Below are positions 5,975-12,186 of a DNA stretch of 24,543 nucleotides, one piece after another; position 1 is the first letter of the stretch; each line of letters starts with the position of its first letter. The DNA is taken from IMG/VR virus record IMGVR_UViG_3300031576_000981, positions 1-24,543 of that record. One strand, written 5' to 3'. This stretch comes from a virus. A program made the position numbers and the translations under genes. The notes below the pieces were generated by a model. The model was given only the letters and a program-made list of their open reading frames with translations. It did no database searches and was not told the origin of the DNA.

Positions 5975-6430
5975 ATGCCTCGACGTTCGTTCGACCAATG
6001 GCAGAAGGACAGAACTGGCGCGAGTACAACTACACCGGCGGGCGCGGACGACGCCGCTCTCGCCGCCGATACGCCCGTGATCGTTGGCGGCGGGCTGACG
6101 GATCCAAGGGGGGACGCTGGCGCTACGAGCTCGCCCGCCTCGACGAACCGGGCTATCGGGCGTGGATGGCGGCCCGGGCCGAAGCCCGGCGCGCTCGACT
6201 CGTGGCAGCTCCCGTCAAAGTTTCAGGGTTACGTGCGCTGGCTGTACGAGCATGAGGCGATTGAGGTTGTGGTCTTCGTGGGCGGGGCGGAGTTGGTCGT
6301 CGGCGAAACGCGCATCGAGCTCAACCCGGGCCGGTGGATCGTTGTGCAGGTGGACGACAAGATTGAGGGGCTGCCCCCAAACGTGGCGTTCGCGGTGCAG
6401 CGCGAACTTCTGGAAGGGGGCGAGCCGTGA
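5975..6430 (+). CDS. Hypothetical protein (151 aa)
   Basis: ATG at 5975 behind AAGGGAGAG. Tightly packed with neighbours. No family recognised. Confidence 0.6.
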   Translation: MPRRSFDQWQKDRTGASTTTPAGADDAALAADTPVIVGGGLTDPRGDAGATSSPASTNRAIGRGWRPGPKPGALDSWQLPSKFQGYVRWLYEHEAIEVVVFVGGAELVVGETRIELNPGRWIVVQVDDKIEGLPPNVAFAVQRELLEGGEP

Positions 6431-6681
6431 ACGCCTCACTGGGCGTCTCATTGGTGGTGGGCTATGGGGTGCAAAGTCGGGCATGCCTTGACGGGCGTCC
6501 GCCGGTGTACCTGGTGGTGGAGGTCTGTTTCCCCAGGCGCTACAGCCGGACGCTGCTGGTTTCGCGCGACGCGAACGCGGCCGAGTTCGTATGCGAGGTG
6601 CTCGAGGCGCGGCTGATCCGGTTGCGGCTTGGGCTTCCGGCGCTGGGTTTGCCGCTCGCGGCGCGGGGGAGGAGGGTGTGA
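6427..6681 (+). CDS. Hypothetical protein (84 aa, GTG start)
   Basis: GTGA overlaps at both ends, consistent with translational coupling. No family recognised. Confidence 0.5.
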   Translation: MNASLGVSLVVGYGVQSRACLDGRPPVYLVVEVCFPRRYSRTLLVSRDANAAEFVCEVLEARLIRLRLGLPALGLPLAARGRRV

Positions 6682-7322
6682 CCAGGCTGCGGGAGTTGAA
6701 GCAGGGCTACCTGCTGCACGTGCTGTTTGCGTTGATGCTGCTGGGGAAGCCCTCGACGAAGACGGAGATCGCCGACGAGGTGGGGTGCTCGGACGAGGCG
6801 GCCACGAACGCCTGCCGGATTTTGTCGCGCCCGGAGTACAGTCTGGTGGTCGGGCTGCCGAACGGGCGCTGGCCGTGCTGGGCGCTGACTCCGGACGCGC
6901 GCTGCTTTATGTCGTCCCCGGCCGCGGCGATGGATAGACAGGTGTCGATGAATCCGCTGGCAGCGGACTCAGAAGTTATCCACACTACTACTACTACTGT
7001 TTTAAGTATTAACCCTCTAGTTGTGGATAACTCCCCTGTGGATAAGTTGAGTCCGCTGGCAGCGGACTCAGATGGGCAGGGCGCTTTAACGTTTGCCGAC
7101 GCGACGGCGCGGCTGCTGTGCCAGCTGGGGGGCGTGGCGTATGACTATGCGCTGGAGTCGGTGCAGCTGGCGTTGGGGGAGGGCGACACGCCGGAAGACA
7201 TCCGGAAGCAGATTGAGCTCTGGTCGGGGTGGATCGCGCTGCGCTCGCCGGAGATGGTGGGGGGCATGGGGGCGAGCATTGCGCGGAACATCCGGAACAA
7301 TGATTTGTGCGAAGGAGACTGA
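6678..7322 (+). CDS. Winged-helix DNA-binding protein; candidate replication initiator with the origin inside its own gene
   Basis: GTG at 6678 behind GGAGGAGGG. N-terminal wHTH-like segment KTEIADEVGCSDEAATNACRILS. The central low-complexity linker coincides with the DnaA-box cluster. Confidence 0.6.
   Translation: MTRLRELKQGYLLHVLFALMLLGKPSTKTEIADEVGCSDEAATNACRILSRPEYSLVVGLPNGRWPCWALTPDARCFMSSPAAAMDRQVSMNPLAADSEVIHTTTTTVLSINPLVVDNSPVDKLSPLAADSDGQGALTFADATARLLCQLGGVAYDYALESVQLALGEGDTPEDIRKQIELWSGWIALRSPEMVGGMGASIARNIRNNDLCEGD
6953..7072. other. Origin-of-replication candidate: three perfect DnaA boxes and an AT-rich core, flanked by 21-bp direct repeats
   Basis: TTATCCACA at 6976-6984. TGTGGATAA at 7022-7030 and 7037-7045. 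(ACT)5 plus an AT-rich stretch at 6984-7020. TCCGCTGGCAGCGGACTCAGA at 6953-6973 and 7052-7072, each carrying the palindrome CCGCTG-G-CAGCGG. Confidence 0.65.
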
Positions 7323-7323
7323 G

Positions 7324-7635
7324 ATGGCGGCAGTGACGACGACGTTTGATTTGAGTCCGCTCGACGACTGTCTGTTGGTTTTGCTCGGGCGAGCGCGTGA
7401 GGCCCGGCGGCGGTTTGACCTGCAGGATATTTTGGACGCGCTGCGGGCGATGGGCTGGCGTGGGCTGGAGCGTGAGCAGGTCGTCGGGCGGTTGACATGG
7501 CTCCGCCGATGTGGGCTGCTGCGCGAGGACATGCGCCTCGAGGGCGATTTGTACGTGCGGGTGTGGTCCCAGGCGCGTGGGGTGAGGCAGATGCGTGGCG
7601 GTGTGATGCGCTGGCGTCTGGAAAGGAGGGCGTGA
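7324..7635 (+). CDS. Hypothetical protein (103 aa), possibly winged-helix
   Basis: The ATG at 7324 follows the stop of the previous gene directly. TGATG coupling to the next gene. Confidence 0.55.
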   Translation: MAAVTTTFDLSPLDDCLLVLLGRAREARRRFDLQDILDALRAMGWRGLEREQVVGRLTWLRRCGLLREDMRLEGDLYVRVWSQARGVRQMRGGVMRWRLERRA

Positions 7636-7958
7636 TGCCGTTGAAGAAGGTCGTGGGCGATCTGTTGCGCGGCGCGGCGAGGCAGCCGGGGGTGTTGCAA
7701 TCGGTGACATTGAAGAAGGGGCTGCGGCTGGCGTTCAAGATTGACAATGGTCTGACGTATGGCAAGATCGGGCGTGACCGGGTGTATCCGTCCGAGCGCG
7801 AGTGGAAGGCGGTGATGGAGGCGCTGCCGTACCCGGCGCCGGCGGCGAAGCCGCAGTGGCGCGGCGTGGGGGTGGACACGCGGCGCTGGTTGGGGGCGAG
7901 GTGGCGGACGCCGGAGCAGTTGGAGCTGGGTGTGGCGGGTGCTGTAGATGACACATGA
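7635..7958 (+). CDS. Hypothetical protein (107 aa) containing direct-repeat copy a
   Basis: ATG at 7635 behind AAAGGAGGG. Contains GLTYGKIGRDRVYPS, encoded by 7747-7792. Confidence 0.6.
   Translation: MPLKKVVGDLLRGAARQPGVLQSVTLKKGLRLAFKIDNGLTYGKIGRDRVYPSEREWKAVMEALPYPAPAAKPQWRGVGVDTRRWLGARWRTPEQLELGVAGAVDDT
7747..7792 (+). repeat. 46-bp direct repeat, copy a (45/46 identical to 8560-8605)
   Basis: atggtctgacgtatggcaagatcgggcgtgaccgggtgtatccgtc versus the same sequence with a->c at one position. Confidence 0.9.
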
Positions 7959-8590
7959 AACCGAGACTATTGGATTTGTTCTGCGGAGCAGGTGGAGCGT
8001 GTCGTGGCTATCAGGAAGCCGGCTTCTATGTAGTCGGTGTGGACATCAAACCACAACCGCACTATGTCGGGGACGAATTCTATCAGGCCGATGCGTTGGA
8101 GTTCTGCGCGGCGCGCGGGACAGAGTATGATGTGATACACGCGAGTCCGCCATGCCAATTTGCGAGTGAACTGACACCTGTAGCTTTTCGCGGAAGGCAT
8201 CTCAATCTGATACCGCAGACACGCATCGCGTTGGCAGCAACCGGACAACCTTACATCATCGAGAACGTTGAGAATGGGCGTCGCCATCTCATCAATCCCG
8301 TCATGCTCTGCGGTTCAATGTTCGGCTTGAAAGTTTGGCGTCATCGCTATTTTGAATTGTCATTTCCGCCCAGACTCGTGCCACCCTGCGATCATTCAGG
8401 CGTCCCGGTTTTGATTAGCGGAACACGCCGCCGAGACAACGACCGATATGAATTTTCCGCGCAGGCATGCCGGGAGGCAAGCGGACTGAATTGGATGACG
8501 CGAGCGGAAATGGATCAGGCCATCCCGCCCGCCTACACGCGCTATATCGGTGGCTGGCTATGGTCTGACGTATGGCCAGATCGGGCGTGA
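7955..8590 (+). CDS. DNA (cytosine-5)-methyltransferase, short phage type (211 aa)
   Basis: Motif I DLFCGAGG, motif IV SPPCQ, ENV, and a C-terminal QAIPPAYTRYIG. Visibly lower G+C than the backbone. The last 10 codons and the stop lie in repeat copy b. Confidence 0.85.
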   Translation: MKPRLLDLFCGAGGACRGYQEAGFYVVGVDIKPQPHYVGDEFYQADALEFCAARGTEYDVIHASPPCQFASELTPVAFRGRHLNLIPQTRIALAATGQPYIIENVENGRRHLINPVMLCGSMFGLKVWRHRYFELSFPPRLVPPCDHSGVPVLISGTRRRDNDRYEFSAQACREASGLNWMTRAEMDQAIPPAYTRYIGGWLWSDVWPDRA

Positions 8591-8605
8591 CCGGGTGTAT
8601 CCGTC
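8560..8605 (+). repeat. 46-bp direct repeat, copy b
   Basis: See 7747-7792. It is in the same reading phase relative to ORF-track 8550..8867 as copy a is to CDS 7635..7958. Confidence 0.9.
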
Positions 8606-8633
8606 ATGGATATCTGCAAATGGATATCTGCAA
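8606..8633 (+). repeat. 14-bp tandem ATGGATATCTGCAA x2
   Basis: Two adjacent exact copies, ending 6 nt upstream of the ATG at 8640. Shares the ATCTGCAA core with the tracts upstream of late genes. Confidence 0.85.
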
Positions 8634-8639
8634 AGAGAA

Positions 8640-8867
8640 ATGGACTGGCTTTGGCTGGGCGTGTGCCTGTGCTTGCTCGCGGCCTCGGCGCTGGTGGTTG
8701 CGCCAGTGATGCTGAGCAGTCAGTGGAGTCGGCGTGAGGCAGAGCAAGCGGATGCGGCTGCTACTCGAAGACCTGCGTTATTGGTTGATGATAGCGCGGA
8801 TGGACGCGCGCAATTTGCGGCTGAGCCTGGCGAGGGTGAGGCGGATCGTGGCGGCGATGCGGGCTGA
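8640..8867 (+). CDS. Possible small membrane-anchored protein (75 aa)
   Basis: N-terminal TM helix WLWLGVCLCLLAASALVVAPVML, with GC3 of about 85% over the first 27 codons. GC3 drops to about 60% in the part that overlaps the next ORF. Confidence 0.4.
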   Translation: MDWLWLGVCLCLLAASALVVAPVMLSSQWSRREAEQADAAATRRPALLVDDSADGRAQFAAEPGEGEADRGGDAG

Positions 8868-8892
8868 GCGGTTGGACAGAAAGCCCCCGTGA
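8752..8892 (+). CDS. Possible 46-aa ORF (MRLLLEDLRYWLMIARMDARNLRLSLARVRRIVAAMRAERLDRKPP)
   Basis: Too short for the ORF track and found by hand translation. GC3 is about 83%. Its last 31 codons are duplicated as the C-terminus of the radical-SAM ORF with mostly conservative changes. It ends inside the terminator hairpin. Confidence 0.4.
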   Translation: MRLLLEDLRYWLMIARMDARNLRLSLARVRRIVAAMRAERLDRKPP

Positions 8893-8905
8893 GGGGGCTT
8901 TTGAT
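8796..8905 (+). repeat. 110-bp direct repeat, copy 1 (about 90% identical to 9776-9885)
   Basis: Aligned by eye with about 11 mismatches and no indels. Includes the terminator hairpin. Confidence 0.9.
8880..8902. terminator. Bidirectional intrinsic terminator, AAAGCCCCC-GTGA-GGGGGCTTTT
   Basis: Perfect 9-bp stem flanked by an A-run and a T-run. Confidence 0.7.
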
Positions 8906-8921
8906 ATAGAAAGGTAACAAG

Positions 8922-9872
8922 ATGGGCTGGTCTGGAGGATTTGCAGAATGGATAGAGGGCGACACCGCTTATTTGTCTATCGCCTTCTCATGGCGCTTGC
9001 CGGATGCGTATCAACGTGCTGCTTGGTATCATGCACAGGGCTACCGTGTTAGAGCAGGTGGGCCAGGATTATTCGTGCGCCGAAACTATTTGTCAGAAGT
9101 AGCCGAGATCGGCGGCAGTGAGGTAGATGCATTGATACATCATAATCCTCAAGCGACCATAGCGAGTCGAGGCTGTCCTGTTGGCTGTTATTTTTGCATC
9201 GTTCCGAAAATGGAAGGCTTGCAATTCACACTCCTGCCTGACTTCACACCGCGCCCGATCCTATGTGACAACAATCTATCCGCATTGCCAGTGAAGTATC
9301 AGGAGTTCATCATCGAGAAATATCAGGCATTCAGCGTGACACTCACAGATGCCAACAGCGGTTTTGAGCCGCTGACATTTGATGAAAGCACTTACCACCG
9401 ATGGAAAGCGATCTTGCGCGGGCCATGGCGTTTTGCATTTGACGAAACGAAAGAAGAGCCACAGGTCAGGCGCATGATGACTATTCTCAGAGATGAATCG
9501 CCAAGGCGCAAGCAGGTATATGTTTTAATTGGAAATGAACCGGTAGCAGCCTGTCATGAGCGGGCACAAAAGATCATCGAATGGGGCGGTGAGCCATACC
9601 TTCAGCCATTGATTCCACTCAATGCGCTTGGGCGTGATGATCTTAAAGTTGCCTTTGACTGGACATGGCAGAAACTTAAAGACATGCAACGTTATTACAA
9701 TCGTCATCTCTGGCGTTATTTCCCATTGACAGACTATGTCAATCGGAAAGGCCAACAGCCAATTTTTGTGGGTATGCGGATGGACGCGCGCAATTTGCGG
9801 CTGAGCCTGGAGAAGGTGAAGGGCATCGCGGCGGCGATGCAGGCTGAGCAGTTGGACAGAAAGCCCCCGTGA
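8922..9872 (+). CDS. Radical SAM superfamily enzyme (316 aa), subfamily unknown
   Basis: CxxxCxxC cluster SRGCPVGCYFC (Cys85/89/92, codon for Cys85 at 9174-9176), after an N-terminal domain of about 80 aa. G+C is about 45% in a spot count, against about 80% in a backbone line. AAAGG lies 8 nt before the ATG. Confidence 0.75.
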   Translation: MGWSGGFAEWIEGDTAYLSIAFSWRLPDAYQRAAWYHAQGYRVRAGGPGLFVRRNYLSEVAEIGGSEVDALIHHNPQATIASRGCPVGCYFCIVPKMEGLQFTLLPDFTPRPILCDNNLSALPVKYQEFIIEKYQAFSVTLTDANSGFEPLTFDESTYHRWKAILRGPWRFAFDETKEEPQVRRMMTILRDESPRRKQVYVLIGNEPVAACHERAQKIIEWGGEPYLQPLIPLNALGRDDLKVAFDWTWQKLKDMQRYYNRHLWRYFPLTDYVNRKGQQPIFVGMRMDARNLRLSLEKVKGIAAAMQAEQLDRKPP

Positions 9873-9885
9873 GGGGGCTTTTGAT
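9776..9885 (+). repeat. 110-bp direct repeat, copy 2
   Basis: See 8796-8905. It ends 1 nt before the stop codon of the last late gene (9886). Confidence 0.9.
9860..9882. terminator. Bidirectional intrinsic terminator between the convergent rightward and late operons
   Basis: Identical hairpin to 8880-8902, with an A-run and a T-run on either side. Confidence 0.75.
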
Positions 9886-10224
9886 TTAGCAGATGACGAA
9901 CTGCCCGCCGTGGAGCCAGAGTTCGCGGCCAGGCCGGCCGGGCGCGGGGTAGACCTTCCACCACGAGCCGCGGATTTCGTGCACGTCCACGAAGAGCGGC
10001 GGGTTGACCGTCCAGCGGCGCGCCTCGGGGTCGGGAGCGACGTAGACCGGCACGGGCGCGTTGACGTAGGCGCGCACGACCAGGAGCGGCGGCGCTTCGA
10101 GGAGGGTCGGCGGGGCAGGGGCCTCGACGATGTTGAGCGTGAGCGTGGCGGCGACGGCGTGCGCGAGCTGGGCGGGGTCGAGGTCGCCTTCGACGGCGAG
10201 GGTGAGGAATTGGACGCGGGGCAT
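9886..10224 (-). CDS. Hypothetical late protein (112 aa)
   Basis: Trimmed to the ATG at 10224, in an ATGA overlap with the upstream gene. Last gene of the late operon. Confidence 0.6.
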   Translation of the reverse strand: MPRVQFLTLAVEGDLDPAQLAHAVAATLTLNIVEAPAPPTLLEAPPLLVVRAYVNAPVPVYVAPDPEARRWTVNPPLFVDVHEIRGSWWKVYPAPGRPGRELWLHGGQFVIC

Positions 10225-11438
10225 CAGCCGACGACGAGGCCGCGGGAGCGGGTTACGGCGGGCGGCGCGCCGCCCGCCAGCGCCACGCTGAACGCGACAA
10301 GGCCGTTGTCCTCCATCCTGCCGGTCGTGCCTGCTACCTGGCGGCAGTCCCAATTGATCGTCCGCGCGCCGCCGGAATTCAACGTGGTCAAATTGAAAAT
10401 CGCGTGCGGCACTTCGTCGAGCGGATCCCATTGGTCAATGCTGGGCGCGGTCGTCGGATAGGCCGGATCGGAAACGAGCCCGACTCCATCGGCGTTGACC
10501 TGGATGCGCGTTTCGAAATCAGTCGCGGTCTCGTTCACGTCCTGAGTCGAAAATCCCAGGTAGACCCAACTGCCGGTGTTCGTCGGCGTCGGCGCGACCG
10601 TCGCCAGCGTGGTGTAGTCCGGCGTCGTGGCTGGGTCAACCTCGGCGGCGTTGAAGGCGCTGGCGCTCTGCGCGAACTTGCTCAGATTGATTGCGAAAAC
10701 TCTCGTGGCAAGGGCGACGTTCGACCCGGCTTCCTCGAAGGGGCGGACGGCGATCGTGCGCGCTGCGTTAGTCGGCACGCCAACCCAATACAGGTTGTCG
10801 CCCCGCACGTCGTTCGTGGCGTCCTCGCCCTCGGCCTGGCAGGAATTGAGCACCCCCGCGACTGAGTCGTAGAGTTCAAACCCGATCTCATCCACAATCG
10901 TCACAACATCGTGGATCATGTGGCCGACGAAGAGCCAGCGATCCGTCCCGTTCGGGGTAAAGCTGGCGGTGATGGCTTGCGCCGTGGGCGTGGCTGTGAT
11001 CGTGTAATCGGCCAGTACTTCGTTCCAATGATAATCCGTACCGCTCACAAAATCGTCGTCGAGCTTGAGCGCCAAAATCTGCGCGATCCGGCAGGTGATG
11101 ACGTTCGCGCCGGTGTCATTCGAGATTTGAATGTCGATCAACTCGGTCGTGCCGGGCTGAGTGAAGTCGAAAAGAAAAAAATATTCGTGCTCCTGGGTGT
11201 CCGCCGTCAATTCGGCGCTCAGCGTCGCGTCGGCAAAGACGGTCGTCGCGTGTCTCAATCGGGCGCGGGCATTCGACGAACTGCCCGTGTTGGTTAGAAT
11301 GATGTGCGCCAGGATGAGGTAGCGTTTGTTCGCGGTGAACGAACCGGCGGGGATGCTGGCCAGGGTGCTCACCCAGATAGTGGAGTTGGCGGTCGTGCCA
11401 GCCAAATCCTCAGCATAGAGGACTTGCGCGTCAGCCAT
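10224..11438 (-). CDS. Tail / receptor-binding-like protein built from three tandem paralogous domains (404 aa)
   Basis: Trimmed to the ATG at 11438. Three segments of about 125 aa each share a layout (KRYLILAH / DRWLFVGH / GSWVYLGF early, ILALKL / VFAINL / LVAFSVAL late). Position is at the distal end of the tail module. Confidence 0.55.
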   Translation of the reverse strand: MADAQVLYAEDLAGTTANSTIWVSTLASIPAGSFTANKRYLILAHIILTNTGSSSNARARLRHATTVFADATLSAELTADTQEHEYFFLFDFTQPGTTELIDIQISNDTGANVITCRIAQILALKLDDDFVSGTDYHWNEVLADYTITATPTAQAITASFTPNGTDRWLFVGHMIHDVVTIVDEIGFELYDSVAGVLNSCQAEGEDATNDVRGDNLYWVGVPTNAARTIAVRPFEEAGSNVALATRVFAINLSKFAQSASAFNAAEVDPATTPDYTTLATVAPTPTNTGSWVYLGFSTQDVNETATDFETRIQVNADGVGLVSDPAYPTTAPSIDQWDPLDEVPHAIFNLTTLNSGGARTINWDCRQVAGTTGRMEDNGLVAFSVALAGGAPPAVTRSRGLVVG

Positions 11439-11757
11439 TGCTCTCCATCGTATAGATAAGAACAATGCTGTCGGTGTGCAAGTACTCGATATGCTTCAGG
11501 ATATAGCGAGTGTCAATTCCTGCTCGGCATAACGGACAGGGTTTTACCACAACCGCCTCGAACAAAACATCACCCTGATGTTCCGCAGCCCGGTAGACTA
11601 AGTCGCGTCTTTCCAATTCCAAGCAAGCGTCATATTTTGCTTGTGCGTTGGGATCGTCTCTGTTCGGATAAGTCCATATGCCATTCCCCTTGAGCGCATG
11701 TGGCCCTCGTCCGGCAATGTAGTCTAGGAACTCACGATAATCCTGCTCAGTCGGCAT
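11431..11757 (-). CDS. Low-G+C accessory ORF (108 aa) with a C-x2-C-x11-H-x4-H motif
   Basis: CPLCRAGIDTRYILKHIEYLH. Clearly more AT-rich than both neighbours. The start is 3 nt after the upstream stop. Confidence 0.6.
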   Translation of the reverse strand: MPTEQDYREFLDYIAGRGPHALKGNGIWTYPNRDDPNAQAKYDACLELERRDLVYRAAEHQGDVLFEAVVVKPCPLCRAGIDTRYILKHIEYLHTDSIVLIYTMESNG

Positions 11758-11760
11758 ATT

Positions 11761-12186
11761 TCACCAGACAATTCCGGTCACGAGCGGCAGCAGATCTGCC
11801 GCCACGTCCACGCCTGACTCGGCTACCTGTGTAGCCCACTTCGTGGACAATTGCAACCGCACCGCCTCGCGCGCCTGGGTGCGGTTGGGGGCGGGCTTTG
11901 TGTCCAGGTAGGTCGCAGCAGCCGCTTTGATCTTGCCCAGCGCGTATCCTTCGTACTTCGCCAGGATGTAATGCGTCTGGCGCAGTACGCGGCCCTCACG
12001 CCATAGCCGTGTCCGCTCGGAGTATTCAGTCTCGCTCTCGGCGACGAGCTTCGACGGGCGCGTGAGCTTGTACGCCTCCCAATCCAGCGTGTCTTGATCC
12101 GTGATCGTTACGCCCCACAGCCGGGAGAGGAACGTCAGGCGGTCGGCTTCGGTCGCGAAGATGGGCGCGATGATTTGATTTGTCAT
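11761..12186 (-). CDS. Hypothetical protein downstream of the tail fibre (141 aa); a fibre accessory role is suggested by position only
   Basis: Trimmed to the ATG at 12186, in a TAATG overlap with the fibre gene stop. Confidence 0.6.
   Translation of the reverse strand: MTNQIIAPIFATEADRLTFLSRLWGVTITDQDTLDWEAYKLTRPSKLVAESETEYSERTRLWREGRVLRQTHYILAKYEGYALGKIKAAAATYLDTKPAPNRTQAREAVRLQLSTKWATQVAESGVDVAADLLPLVTGIVW

Noticed and set aside
8550-8639. N-terminal part of track ORF 8550..8867 (MAGYGLTYGQIGRDRVYPSWISANGYLQRE)
   Set aside because: This stretch is the translated 46-bp repeat copy b and overlaps the methyltransferase 3' end. It is more likely a remnant of the duplicated gene 7635..7958 than a functional N-terminus, so the ORF was trimmed to the ATG at 8640.
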